Below, one piece after another: positions 1-12,735 of a stretch of DNA of 64,000 nucleotides. The translations under genes were made by a program, and so were the position numbers. The stretch's first letter is position 1. The number at the start of each line of letters is the position of its first letter. Source of the stretch: Podarcis vaucheri (lineage: Eukaryota); the NCBI GenBank assembly GCA_965113315.1, contig OZ220370.1. One strand, 5' to 3'. Below the pieces are notes generated by a model that saw nothing but the letters and a program-made list of their open reading frames with translations, did not search any database and was not told where the DNA came from.

Positions 1-265
1 AAACTTGTCTATATGCATCTGCATTCCCTCTGCTGCTTGTCTTGGAATAGGGCATTCTGACCGCCTGACATTTCTCAATTCTAAAAGAGCCAATTTGTGG
101 CCGGGATTTGACCTGCTGGGGCCACATCAGTTGACAATATTTCTTTAAAACTTCTTTACTTGGTCTGACCTCTCCTGGTTCTTCTGGAAAAACTATTTTA
201 AAATTTTCTAACATGCAGTCTAGGGGTGTACAGGCTTGAGTTGGTTTTGAGCATTTCCCCCCCAT
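1..265 (-). CDS. gag: Endogenous retrovirus gag, N-terminal matrix part (open frame running off the window edge; may be degenerate)
   Basis: Minus-strand ATG at 265 opens 88 stop-free codons: MGGKCSKPTQACTPLDCMLENFKIVF...KEVLKKYCQLMWPQ...RPQIGSF. It has an MGxxxS myristoylation motif and TPL-C-L-NF, L-xx-C-xxx-WP and GSF motifs typical of gamma-like (class I) matrix. It lies downstream of the PBS and splice donor. Confidence 0.75.
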   Translation of the reverse strand, partial: MGGKCSKPTQACTPLDCMLENFKIVFPEEPGEVRPSKEVLKKYCQLMWPQQVKSRPQIGSFRIEKCQAVRMPYSKTSSRGNADAYRQV

Positions 266-901
266 AGTTCTGCAAAAAACTTTCGCCAGACAAAACACTT
301 TCAGCTAGGCAGTTTCAAAAAATAGATCAAGGAAAAAAAACCACAGCACACTTCCTTTTTCAACTGAGATCTTACACATCCACCCGGCGTCCCGGGACTT
401 TCACACAGACACACACAGCCCTTTCTCCCCCCTTGCCTGCGGCAAACAACTTGGCAGAAAAGCACACACTTTCATACAGCGTTTTTCCCTTTTTTTTCAC
501 TCTCTCCCCCCCACAGCTGTTTTCCCCAATTTTCCTGCAGAACCTCTTCCTATCCTTGGTTGACTCAGCTTCTCCTCCCTCACCCTTTTGGTGATCCTTT
601 CCCTTTAACGGGAGGTTACTGGTGGGTCACCCCGAGTGTTGATCAGCACTCATTTTTTTTTCCTCAACTCACCGTGAGTTCCTGTCGTGGCGCGCCTTTC
701 CTTTTGGCTCCCCTTCAAATTCTCCTTTTTCGGTCCTTGCCTCCGTCTTGTCGGGAGTCCGCGCCGAAGGCGATTGCCCTCCTCCTTCGGAAATGATGTC
801 CGATCGGCGCCTGGAACGAAGCCAATAATCTCCGGGACGTCCTCCCCCCAAGAACCAGAGGCCGGCTCTTTTTGGGTAAAAAAACCCCACTGGCCTGTGT
901 G

Positions 902-919
902 ATCCGAGTCACGGCACCA
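902..919 (-). promoter_or_regulatory. Retroviral primer-binding site complementary to the tRNA-His 3' end
   Basis: The reverse complement of ATCCGAGTCACGGCACCA is TGGTGCCGTGACTCGGAT, the 18-nt tRNA-His PBS (as used by HERV-H). It sits 2 nt from the LTR-terminal CA. Confidence 0.9.
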
Positions 920-1839
920 AATGTTGCAAGGGATAAAGATCAGCCAGACGCAGCAATGGAGAATAAGAAGGTGAAGTTTATTGCCAGGCAATAAGGACCC
1001 AGTTGGAATCTCTTCCAAAGAACTGGGACCCCGATTGACAGAAATACAGGGGTCTTTATACCTGAGCAAATCACAGCAAATCATAGATCATAAGACAATC
1101 ATGAAGGATTCATAACTTGGTCAGCAAAATATCAGCCAATCAGCAAGCAGTTGTCACGCTCCTAGCTACTGGTATAGCACTGGTCCTGCACAGGGTTCAA
1201 GTTCCGCTTTCCAATGCTCCAGTGACGTTCAGTCTAACCTTTCCCCTAGTTATGACAGGACAGGGAGCTTGGACATTTTGTGGTTTTGCTCTTCCTGTTC
1301 TGTGGATTAATTTAGCCTGTTCCTGATGGGGAATTTGTACCAGAATCCCTGACTCATGTCTTGTCCGGGGTGCACAGATGTTTCTAGGGGAAAGGTCGGT
1401 TCCTAACTTTGCTGTTTCAAGCAGTTTGCATTTTAGCTAAGGCACAGCTTCCCTTTTGATTCAAGTGGATTTATAAAATACTGTAATCCTTGATTCGTGT
1501 AAGCATATATTGAATATATTGATTATTGATAACTGGTTATATGAATAATGTAGGGGTAGCCCTTCCTTCCTTGCCTCACTGCGGCCCCTGAAATTGCCTT
1601 GGGGGGTTGAGAGAACCCCCAGAACAGCATCGGGGAAGAGGGGGAGTCATTATGTCTGGCAAGCAGATATGCTGGGGCAGGTGGAATGTTTGTAATTGTG
1701 GCATGTTAAATTCTACTCAGTGTTTCTTATAGTGCGATCCTGAGCATGTCTACTCAGAACTAAGTCCCATTGGTCCAATGGGAATTACTCCCAGATGAGT
1801 GTGTATAGGATTGTAACCTTAGTTTTTTATACCTTAAGT

Positions 1840-1956
1840 TAATGGTGGGGAACCTGTGATCCACCAGATGTTGTTGTATCCTTGACTGCTAGCTATGCTG
1901 CCAGTGGCTGATGAGAGTCTAACAACATCTGGAGGGAACACAGGTTCCCACCACTG
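1840..1956. mobile_element. Degenerate short palindromic hAT-type MITE
   Basis: Inverted ends GTGGGGAACCTGTG...CACAGGTTCCCAC and internal CCAGATGTTGTT/AACAACATCTGG. Same family as 25785-25919. Confidence 0.6.
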
Positions 1957-2306
1957 TCTTAACTTATTATAACCGACATTGCACACAGACAAATGTCTCC
2001 CTCTTCTAAATAAGGCAGCTTTTAACGCAAGCCACTCACTATGTGAAACAGGTTGTGTTATTTCTTATTGAGTTGAAAGTATGATTGGTGGAGGAACATA
2101 CATAAATTTTAGTTTTTTAATAATGCAATTGCAGATTTAATTTATGCACTGCATATTTAACAGTTCTCGTTAGATAAACATGTTTGTGGTGTAAAGCAGT
2201 GTTTTATTAAAGTTGTGTGTCCTTGTTTTACTTTTGGTCTTTTAGTTTCCAGCGTGTTGTCTTTTTGGTTTTGTTTTATTGCTTTTTCTTTAATTTTGCT
2301 TACCAG

Positions 2307-2354
2307 AGCCAAAGCCTTAGTAGAAGAACAGCGCCTTTTGTTCCTAGGGTTCAG
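2307..2354 (+). CDS. RIMS2: RIMS2 48-nt alternative exon (SQSLSRRTAPFVPRVQ), phase 0-0, just before C2A
   Basis: ttttgcttaccag|AGC...CAG|gtaaag. The translation matches the recalled RIM2 insert SQSLSRRTTPFVPRVQ. Confidence 0.9.
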
Positions 2355-4846
2355 GTAAAGGCTTCATCTGCCTGACAGAAACTAAAGTTGTGTTTCCCTC
2401 TCCTACGTTTTGTTTGACTTGGAAAATGCATAGTAGGGAAATGTCACAGTTTGATCCATTTTCCCATTTTAATTTTAATGTGTTGCTTCAAACCATATAA
2501 ACAAATTTCATATTGTCTTGTGAGCAGCTTGAAACTGCATGGTGATTAGAATACTGTACTAAACTAAAATTTAAAGAGACAACTAGTTTTTAGTTTTACT
2601 TTTTTTCTATATCTAATTAAACAAGCACAGATTTCAGCAATGATAATAACTGTGTGTTGCATAAATACATACCTTGAACTAGAATTAGTTGATCTTATGC
2701 TTTGGATGTTTGGCCTCATTGTATCAAGATTGGTGTCTCTTTAAATCACACATTTTCATTACAAAATTTCCTTTTTTGCATTTTCCAAATGACAGTAGTT
2801 CCCTGAGCAGAAGATGGGCAAATAAATTTGTACCTTGTCTAAGGAATGTGTACCTTGCGTTTTGACACATTAGTTGAAATATTAAAAACAATAATGATTA
2901 CAAAACAATTTCCCATGACTACTAGGGATGACTAGTTCTGATCTTATTTGGGTACAAGTTGTTTGCCTTTTTTCATTAGGAATCCCTTAAGGTACTGTAG
3001 ATTAACCCAACTGTAGGTTGTAAGAATGTCATAATGCTGATCTTGTTTTGCTGCATGCTTACCATTTTATTTATATTTTTTGTTTAGAGAACATTACCTG
3101 CTTTTGTTATAAAATATTTTTGTGGAAATGCTCATCATTTGTATAAATGCTGTATAAGCTTATTCTTTTCATGCTCTTTCACTGCATAAGAAAATATAAA
3201 AATGGAAAGTTCAGAGTTACATGAATTATAGTTTTTGTTATTGTTTAGAAAGGAAAGCACTTATTATTTTAAAAGATAACTACAAGAAACAGGCCACAGA
3301 TAACTTAATGAGAGACAGAGAGTCAAGTCTACATGCAAATCCTAATGCGTTCTCAATTCTTTGGCTAGCATCAAGCCTCATAACGTTCTCAGAATTTATT
3401 ATGTCACTAAAATGCAAAATTATTATTTCAGAATAAAAATAAGGGCATGTTTTTGCAAACATTTTCATAACAGAGTTTTTGTTAATTTGTGCTGGGTGGA
3501 CAGTAGGGGGGAATGCTAAGATGTATCTTAATCAAGATGTATTCGGACAACTGATCCAGTTCAGCTCCTGCAAGCTCCTCCTCCTTAACTAAAATCCCGA
3601 TCAAAGGAAAATAATCTTAAAAAATAATGGGTGATATCTAGTGTTGCATGAGTAGATTTCCACTTGCTCAATGGCAGTTCCCCTCCCTTTCCTCTGACTA
3701 CACCCCTCACCTAAAAAATCTGCTCCAGAGAATTGAGACAAACCCCAAAGCAGATTTTGTTAGCAAGGAGAGGAAGTCCCATTGTGTAATGAGAAGTCTT
3801 CTGCTCAATTGGGTGGACATCATTAGATTTCTCCCTTCCATGTATTATCTAGCCAGTAGTGACAATATTGTTCAAATCAGACTACATCTAAGCAGTATGG
3901 ATATCCTATCTGCATTGAAATAGAAATCAAGAAACCAATACAGCATTTTCTTGATTTTCTACAAATGTAAACGCTCTTAGTTGATTATAACTTCCTAAAA
4001 TTATGGCTACATTTAAAGGTATATCTAAGTGAATTAGCATTGTTTTGAGTAAATACGAAATGGCATGGCCCTGACAAGGTGGCCAGTCTTTCTTTGCAAA
4101 GAGTGTGGGCCACAGCTCAGCGCTATGGAAAAGTTCCTGCTTCCATCAAAATGAAGCTAATGGCAAATGACATGTGATAATAATAGTCATGGATCACCAT
4201 ATGATAGCCTCAGTCTTAAATACCCCTGTTCTGTTATCTCCCCGTTCTATTGGTTAGGTTTTTTCAGGAATTGTAAGCTATTCCAAATCTAGCAGATGAA
4301 TTTGTTTTATAAAAATTGAAATAAAAAAGGCTGAGTGAATGCCATATTACCTTTAAGTACAGTGCAGAGTTGAAGTAGTAAGTTGGTTACCATATACTTG
4401 CATGTAGAAGACTTCTGTAAACTGAATATAAAATGCCTTAACAGGTCAATTACTGAAATGTGAACAGGTCTGTAATGTACACAGCTTTATTTCATGGTCT
4501 TTCTACATATACTAATCAAAATCTGAAGTAGTCTTTCATGAATTCATATCGCATATAAAAATGTTAGGATATCTGTTGCTCCACATATACAACATATACA
4601 TAACAAAAGTAAACAATTTTGCATACTTTTACATATGTAATATAGTGCTAAACAGATTATACATGCAAAATAAGTTTCATCACATTTATCATTTTGGGCC
4701 TTAAGGCTACAAATTAGAATGCCATGAAGTTACCTATACTGTAATAGTAAAACAGATACAGTGGAAGTCTAAAAGTTACATTTACTTTTAAGGATAACTG
4801 TATTATGAAAGAAGTAGATTGACTAATGCATAATTTCTCTTTACAG

Positions 4847-4977
4847 ATAAAACTGTGGTATGACAAGGTTGGTCACCAGTTGATAGTCACAATATTGGGT
4901 GCAAAGGATCTTCCTTCAAGGGAAGATGGGAGGCCGAGGAATCCCTATGTTAAGATTTACTTTCTTCCTGACAGAAG
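4847..4977 (+). CDS. RIMS2: RIMS2 exon, C2A domain part 1 (IKLWYDKVGHQLIVTILGAKDLPSREDGRPRNPYVKIYFLPDR)
   Basis: tttacag|ATA...GACAGAAG|gtagga, 131 nt, phase 0-2. TILGAKDLPSRED is RIM2-type rather than RIM1-type. Confidence 0.97.
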
Positions 4978-7900
4978 GTAGGATGAAAAAAAAGGCTTAA
5001 CTACTTTGAATTAAATTTCTGTGAAAAAATAGTAATGTTTGGTAACTAGTATTGGTCATAATATCTCAGTTACTGTATTTTTGTGAGAGGAGAAATGCCA
5101 GACAAGGAGCACACCTGATCAAATATCTGAGGAAGTTGTAAGGGTTAGCTTCTTTGCAGGGAAAAATAAATGATGGTCTTATTAATGGTGGTCAATAAAT
5201 TTTGAAACTTTTAAGCAGGAGAAGATAAATAATATCACACAGAATGATGTGCCTATTCAGATTGCCATAGTTTATCTAAGTCATAATAACTATGCTTTTC
5301 TCAGACATTTGATAAAGGGATGTTGACTATGGTGGTAGCTTGCAATAATCCTGGTTAACCCAATGAACAATCTTATATATTTCCATTACCCTTAATGAGA
5401 ATTTGGAAATGGATGTTGAGAGTTACAGAGATATTTTACAGGGTCTTTAGTGGCAGAAAAATATGATGATTCAGAACAACTCCACGCTGTCCTGCAGGCC
5501 TTCTAGATTGGTAAAGGCTGCAAATGCACACTGCCCTCCTAGTGCAGTTAGAAATGTGAGTGGGAGAATGAATGCAAGTGGCCTACTGCTTGTTTTTCTT
5601 CAGCAAGCTCATGACCATGTCTACTATCTCACCTTGAAGTCATCAAAGAAGTTTGAGCAGATGGCATGCTTGACGATCTTTGTTATGGGTCCAGAGCTGA
5701 AGCAGTGGGGAGCAAGTGGAGTCCCATTGGCCTTGAACCCGCTGCAAGAGCCGGAACACCTTGGATTTGGCAGTGCTTTTTGCTAAAGCCCAAGAGAAAC
5801 TTGATCGAGAAAAATAAATTGTGGCAGGAGGGGGAGAGATGCCAAATCTTAGTAATTCCCTATTTATATAACCATCAGTTGATCAACCTCTTTATTATGG
5901 TCAGTGATTAGTAAAAAAATAACTTTGTATAACTACATTAACTGTAGTAGGGATCAATCTAACCAGCCCTGCCACTGAAAGCCCTGTGTAAGAACTTCTG
6001 CTTGTTCAGTAGGGCTTTCCCCACCTGTCTCCCCCCCCACCCATGCCTTGAAATTGTATCTGGAGAAAGTCAGAATGACCCCCTGAACAGCATGCGGTAT
6101 GGGAGGAGAGGGAGAATTATTCTAGCGGCTAAGCAGAGATGTTTGTGCAAATGGAAAAAATGGAAGAGCACAGTGTCACTTAGAAGTTTTCCTGCTTTGC
6201 TTTGCTGTATGTGATTTCAGTTTTTTAGAACTATCCATATTTCTTGGAACATGCAATTTTCAACCAACTATGAATTATTATAACTATCCAAATTAGGTAT
6301 TTTAAACATGAGAAAAAATTATGACATTTTGCTTTTGAATCCTGTGGTAATTTTGATACTAGTTTGCAATATGCTGTCAGTGTTCATATAATCCCCCCCA
6401 ATATATTTTAAAAGTGGGCCAGTTAAAAGGCACTGCTATGATATCTTTATCAGAAAGCATTTTTTCCAAGCAATTTACCATCTCTAGGTGTATCATATAC
6501 TATGTATGTATAGAAGAAATGCAATTTGTTTATTATTAATTATTAAGAAAGTGCCAAAATGTACCGTATGTGTGTTGTATGTTTCCTTTTTATAATTTTC
6601 ACAGTTGTTGCTTTTCTTTTAAGGCAAATAGTGTAGATGTTTTCCTTTAATTACTCTGGGTGTTTCCTTTCAAGTTCAAAAGTAAAAGTAGCTTGTTCTA
6701 TTGAATTTGTTTTCTTCTAACAGTGAAGCAGTCTCTCCCCTGCCTCCCTCACCCCCCGGAAGAATAAGCTTAGTAGGCAAAAATAAATCTCTTTTATATG
6801 GAAAAATAACCTGCTAGAAATAAAGTGCAATTAAACAACTCAAGCATTTAATTAGGTGAGGCTGTGAAGTTCTGACTAAACAAATTATACAGGAGAAACT
6901 TGTCCAATATAACCTAGTTCAATTCTCCAAAGTAAACAAATCTTTAGTGTCTAAAATAAAGTCATTAAGGCTACATTAAAAAATCCACATATTCCAAAGG
7001 AGTTTAGTGATAATAAGAGAGCTACTCTGAAGTAAGTTTTTTGATTCTGTCATTGGGTAAGATCCAGAGAGCCAGTTCTTTTATCAACTTAGATTAAGTT
7101 GTGCCAGTGATAATAAACCTTGTCTTGAGGTGCTGTTTTAAAAATAAACTTAGCAGAAGTTTATACATAGGTGTATTAGCAATTTCAGTAGGGAAGAACC
7201 ATGTTCATCTCTTACAATAATACCAAAAGAGTGTTCTGTGGCTCCTTAAAGACTAACTGCATTTTATTTGGACTTACACATGAAAGTTTACTCTGCAATA
7301 ATGTTGTAAGCCACTTTGGGCACAGTTCTGTGGAAAATTAGCCTACAAATAAAGAGATGAAGATGATGAAGATGAACATGAACATGTTCATTGTGTAAAC
7401 AACTAGACCAAGGATTGGATCCAAAGGACTGCACACTAGTTTTGCATACCTAAGGAGGCACTGGATTTCTCAAAAAGCACTCCCAAGTGCCAAATGGCAA
7501 ACCATTTTTGGAACTGGAATGTTAATTGTTTCTAGTATGTCACCTGAGTCTGCTGTTTCAAGAAACAAGTAGAATAATGTCATTAGATATGTGTAAAAAA
7601 GCTATTTGGATACTGGCCTGTGCCTGAAATCTGAAGCTAACACTAGAATCCTATGCAGTATTAAATTAACAGCACAGTCATATACAGTCCTACACACTAG
7701 GGCAGCCAATGTGCTGCCCTCCAGATATTACTGGACTCAACTTCCATCACCTTTGACCATTGGCTATGCTGTTTGGACATACTGGGATTTGGAATCTGAA
7801 AACAACTGGAGGGCTACCCTGCACACTGGGTTGCATTAAGTGTTAGTCATACTCAGAGTAGTCCCAATGAAATTAATAGGCATGACTAACATAGGTACAT

Positions 7901-8205
7901 TAATTTCAGTGGATTTACTCTCATTTATTTGGCTAGAACCCACTAACTGGGGGTAAGCCCCATTGAACACTCAAAGGATTTCAGCCTAAAAAGCATTACT
8001 TCAGACAATATAAGGAACATGCCTACATAAAGAAAAGCATTGGGGCCTTGTGAGCATTCATTTGTATTTGCTGTGTATATTTGCAAAGACGTTTCTGAAG
8101 GCAAGTCTCAAGCAAGCCTTTGTCATCTTCTTCTGGCAGTCATTTGTTTTATAAATCACATATTCAATGGAATAGCAACACTTCATTTATACTTCTCAAT
8201 TACAG

Positions 8206-8377
8206 TGATAAGAACAAAAGAAGAACAAAAACAGTAAAGAAAACATTGGAGCCCAAATGGAACCAAACATTCATTTATTCTCCAGTTCATCGGAGAGAAT
8301 TTCGAGAACGAATGTTGGAAATTACTCTTTGGGACCAAGCACGAGTTCGTGAGGAAGAAAGTGAATTTTTAGGAGAG
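8206..8377 (+). CDS. RIMS2: RIMS2 exon, C2A domain part 2 (SDKNKRRTKTVKKTLEPKWNQTF...ESEFLGE)
   Basis: attacag|TGAT...GGAGAG|gtattc, 172 nt, phase 2-0. Visible inside ORF 8120..8395. Confidence 0.97.
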
Positions 8378-8599
8378 GTATTCAAAGCATTTTAAGTAGA
8401 CTATTAAGAGTTATTGGGGGGGGGAATCAAAAATATATTTAATGTAATCTTTGTTGGGCAGAGTAATCCTGTGGGTTTGTTGACATAAACAGCCACTGAG
8501 ATTTCTTCTCCCGTTCTGCATTTCTGTGAACTGCTGCTCTGTTCTGTGGTCCTGTGTTATGTTGTCATGGGTAGTTTTATATTATTTAATGTAAAATGT

Positions 8600-8870
8600 A
8601 CTTGTTTTTAATTATGATTGCAGGGTGCAGGTTGGTTTGTATGGGGAGGGACGGTCCTTGAGGTATTGCGTTCCTGAGCAATTTAAGGCTTTATAGGTCA
8701 AAAGTGGCATTTTGAATTGGGCCCGGAAACTAATTGGCAGCCAATATGCTCAAACCATCATGCCCCAGTGAGCAATCTGACTGCCAAATTCTATATCAGC
8801 TGAAGTTCCCAAGCCATCTTCAGAGTCAGCTCTACATATAATGCATTGCAGTAATCTAACCAGAAACTCA
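8600..8870 (-). mobile_element. LINE (L2/CR1 group) fragment
   Basis: Resembles the reverse of the L2 ORF2 C-terminus (SRLDYCNALY...LQL... read on the minus strand near 8830-8860). Confidence 0.55.
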
Positions 8871-9228
8871 ATTTACTTTCTAAGCCAGAGAAGAATTTCT
8901 TGAGGATATAGTGCTCAATTTGTAATGAAGTTCAGTTTTTGAGCTAGATAAATACAATTTTTGGCAACATCAGTAATCCTCATCTAGTTGGGGTAATTTG
9001 AGGATAGGTTGCTCTTTTAGTCACATTTACTCTTTCTGAACTAAACACATTTTTACTGCATTGTTCCTCGTATTGATTTCTAATACAGAGATTTGTTATG
9101 AAACTAAAATGGCCATTAAATTTTCACGATATGCTGGAAATATGTGACTACAACGTAATGTAGACTTTATGAAACATTTATGGTGCAAGTGGTGCTTTGC
9201 ACTGTGACAAGTTTTATTCTCTTTTTAG

Positions 9229-9382
9229 ATTCTAATTGAACTAGAAACAGCACTGCTGGATGATGAGCCTCATTGGTACAAACTTCAGACACATGATGTC
9301 TCCTCATTGCCACTTCCCCACCCTTCACCGTATTTGCCACGCCGACAGCTTCATGGAGAGAGTCCCACGCGAAGGTTGCAAA
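9229..9382 (+). CDS. RIMS2: RIMS2 exon, end of C2A (ILIELETALLDDEPHWYKLQTHDVSSLPLPHPSPYLPRRQLHGESPTRRLQ)
   Basis: ctttttag|ATT...CAAA|gtaggt, 154 nt, phase 0-1. Confidence 0.97.
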
Positions 9383-10998
9383 GTAGGTTTTCCGTTCTAT
9401 TAAAGGCATATTCATTTCTATGTGGAATAAAATGCATTTCTTCTAGGTAAGAAATGCATACAATGAAAAACCAGCATCTGTAAATACTGATCTTTTCTTG
9501 ACTTCAGTATTTTTACTGAACTTTATTGATGGAGAGTCATACTTATATTAAGAAACATCATGCTTGCCTCCTCTGGTTTCTTTTCCTTCTCATAGCCATA
9601 CAATCATGTATGAAAAATGTTGATATAATGCATTTTGTATATCATTCATTAGCCTTTGCAACAGCTAATATGCACTTCATAATGGTGAATATATATAATT
9701 TGAGGATTCATGCACAAACATCTGCAGGAGAATAGAATGCTTCAAATCATGATATGCTGAAATTTGATTACTAAACAGACAGTTAATCTACCTCTAATGC
9801 AACTTTCCTAAATGAGACTTCTGCTTCTATATGTGATTTCCTCACACACAAATTGAGCAGAATGAGGAGGTTTAATCCTTAAGTGATACAGTGAATTATA
9901 CTAACTCAGACTGCAGGGGTATGAGTCACATTTTTGAATCTGCACCCATATAAACAAAGTTCTGTGCAAAAATTACTCTTGACTGTTTACAAGTGTCCCC
10001 CCACTTTTTTTACATGGGGACCAATAATATGTGACCCTCACCTGCATATTTAATATGTTCTATTCTGCCATCTCAGGACTTTACAGTTCATTGACTAAAT
10101 TATTCTGTTGGATGTGTAGAAAAGGCAAAAACAAAAACAAACAAAAAAAACACCTAAAAAGCAACAAGAAAACTTGCAACTTCAAGGAGTTCAGTACAAA
10201 ACTAACCTGAGGCAGATTATACTTCACCTCCCAAAGCCTGATGAACAAGGCACATCTTCCTCCTAAAAGTATAATTTTGAGATGAGGTGCACCTCAGTAG
10301 ATAGGTAGTTTCAAAATGTTGGAATTGCTAAAGTATTAGACGTGGTATTGAGATGGAACCCCATGTTACAAGGCAGCAGCAACAAAATAGCAGTTGCTTG
10401 CAACAAACTGGAGAGGGTTTCATATGAAATCATAGAATTGTAGAGTTGGAAGGGATGTTGCATGTAAGTTTCCTAGAAACATCTGGCTGACCACTGTTGG
10501 AAACAGAATGCTAGACTAGCTGGATCTTTGGCCAAAGCAAAAGAATGATATACATTATTTCTTCTTCATATGTCCACATATTTTTTCTCTTATATGAAAT
10601 TGTTGTTTTTGGCGTGTTTTGTTAATTTGCATGTTTGAATGGTTTCTGCACAGGTTTATGACTATAATTTGTATTGTAATGCACGGATAAGTTATTTGAG
10701 GCTGCAATCCTATGCACACTTATTTGGGAAGAAATCACATTGAATTTGGGGAACTTTTGAGAAAACATGCACAGCATATACATAGGATTTGAACAGTAAA
10801 TCAGAAAGAATGTTAGAGGGCTGTTAAAGTAAAAACAAAACAAAACTGTGAAGATAGGTAGGATGAATAGAAAAAGAGGAAGCCCCCTCTCTGCTCTTGG
10901 TCAAAGAAGCAGACACAGATGTCCACAGGTTTTAATGAACTGTGTCAGCTGGGGAATGGACTCTGAAATCAACGTATCTAAAGGCTTTGCAACCTTTC

Positions 10999-11554
10999 TG
11001 TTGTGATTCAAGGACCCGCCACCCTCTTGAGGATAAGAAAGACACATGGACACAGTATATAAGGTTGATGGGCTAAAAAAGGCCACAACTTTATTGATTA
11101 CAGCATGTGAGAGGTATTGGCTTAGGCTCTGGTAAACTGCAGCAAGTGACTCCACCCCCTCAGGGAGGGGTGAGTCCTTCAAGGGTTAACCACCAGTGGG
11201 AGGAGCCTGTTGATGCAAATACAACTGAAAGCTCCCCCTGATGTCACCGCGGGTCATGCCATGGCCCTAGCCACTAGGGGGTCGGACAGGATCCACGACC
11301 GCCGGATTCATTTACTGGAATACCCATAAAGTGGAGGGGTAGGCGATGGCCACACCTGGCCGCGTTTGAGCGGTGAAACCCCGCCCCCAAGCCTCCACCT
11401 GGTTGGTTGGCTACCTGGGGGTGTGGCACGGCAGCCGGGATGGCTGGGCAGGGGCCGAAACACCACCTGCCAACTTGGGAAATGGCTCCTGCTCATAACT
11501 CCTCCCCTCTGCAAGGAGGAGAGGCTTTCTTTTAAGGGTCCTATTCCTATGACA
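10999..11554 (-). mobile_element. Probable solo LTR
   Basis: GC/CpG-rich ~555-bp island bounded by TG...CA, with AATAAA on the minus strand near 11090. No convincing TSD found. Confidence 0.45.
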
Positions 11555-11991
11555 GCTATATGACTACCAGGAAAGTAACAGGTGTAGCTTATTGCCAATA
11601 AATTTCATGTAGGACAGCCCTGTTAGGGAACTTTAGTTGCTTTAAAATAAAGCAAATAGATTGCTGGTTGGGACTAGGCCTATGGAAAACATTACCAGCA
11701 TTTCTGTAGGCTGCTGCATTGGTTTTCAGCTCATTTCTAAGAATGATTCAAGGTGTTGGACTTCAGCTTCAAAGTGCTAGATGTCTTGAGATTGAGTATC
11801 TTGAGGTCTGCCTGCTCCAGTATAAACTTTCAAAACAACAAGGGCCTTCTTAGGTTCCTCCTGCCTTCAGAGATAAGGCAGGTATTGATTGTAAGTAGAG
11901 TCCTTTCAGTTGTAGGACCCTAACTTTGTTAGGTCCCCTCCAGGGGGACTTGCCCAGGACTGATCTTGATGTGTTTTTGGTGTCATAAGAG

Positions 11992-12253
11992 CAGAGCCAT
12001 AGCTAGGTGATCTTGCGCCCCTGGCAGAAACGCCCAGATTGCGCCCCCTCGCCATGGACAAATTAGCTCTTCTTACCACCTCTCCTCCAACCAACCCCCA
12101 TTCAATTCACCCCCTATTTAAAACCATTTCTTATGAGGCAATAATCAATATTTATATTTATGGACATATTTTGTAGCCGATTTTGCGCTGCCGCTCCCCA
12201 TCGCCTGCGCTCCTGGCGGGGGCCCACCTCACCATCCCCTAGCTATGGTCCTG
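11992..12253. mobile_element. hAT-type MITE
   Basis: Imperfect TIRs CAGAGCCATAGCTAGG / CCTAGCTATGGTCCTG and an 8-bp TSD CATAAGAG/TATAAGAG. Confidence 0.8.
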
Positions 12254-12708
12254 TATAAGAGGCATAAGTCTCTTAAACTGTCATCATTGTGGTTTTCCAC
12301 TATGAAGAATTTTGTGGCTGTCCTAACCCTGACCCTGCTTGGTGGTGTAGCTTGAGGATAGGATTACATTGTTAGAATATGTTGAAAATAATACCATAAC
12401 AGTTGCCGGAATAGCGTTTGTGGTTCAGTTTGCAGGAACTCTTGTATTCTGGTTTGTATGGATTTAAAAAACAAACAAACTCTTAGGCTGTAGTTCTAAA
12501 TACACTTAATGCAGTGTAAGCCCCATTGAACACAGTGAGATTTCAATCTAAGAAAAACATGCATAGGATTGTAGTGTAAAGATTTAACTAGCTGTTCCAC
12601 ATAAAACTGTTATCCAAAACTAAGTTGCCAGATGATACACATGCCTGTTGCATGTCAAGTCCTCGTGTATTTGTTTCTGATATCACTTCATTTTAACATT
12701 TTTTCCAG

Positions 12709-12735
12709 ATAAAGGCATTTATTCATATAATTCAG
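12709..12735 (+). CDS. RIMS2: RIMS2 27-nt microexon (NKGIYSYNSG across junctions), phase 1-1
   Basis: ttttaacattttttccag|ATAAAGGCATTTATTCATATAATTCAG|gtaaat. It is frame-preserving and phase-matched to exons 9229-9382 and 15574-15642. TGCATG lies at 12649 and GCATG just downstream. Confidence 0.8.

Larger units (their letters stand above)
1..1446 (-). mobile_element. 5' end of a class I (gamma-like) endogenous retrovirus, antisense to RIMS2: LTR (~922-1446), PBS, leader and gag start
   Basis: On the minus strand the LTR ends ...GCAACA at 922, followed by TT and the PBS. AATAAA lies at 977-982 (minus), TATAAA at 1055-1060 (minus) and a CCAAT element near 1135. The leader is CpG-rich. The outer LTR boundary is approximate. 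Confidence 0.8.

Noticed and set aside
560-1084. Overlapping ORFs of 65-144 aa on both strands
   Set aside because: They span the GC-rich ERV leader, PBS and LTR. No protein similarity is recognisable, and the real gag starts at 265.
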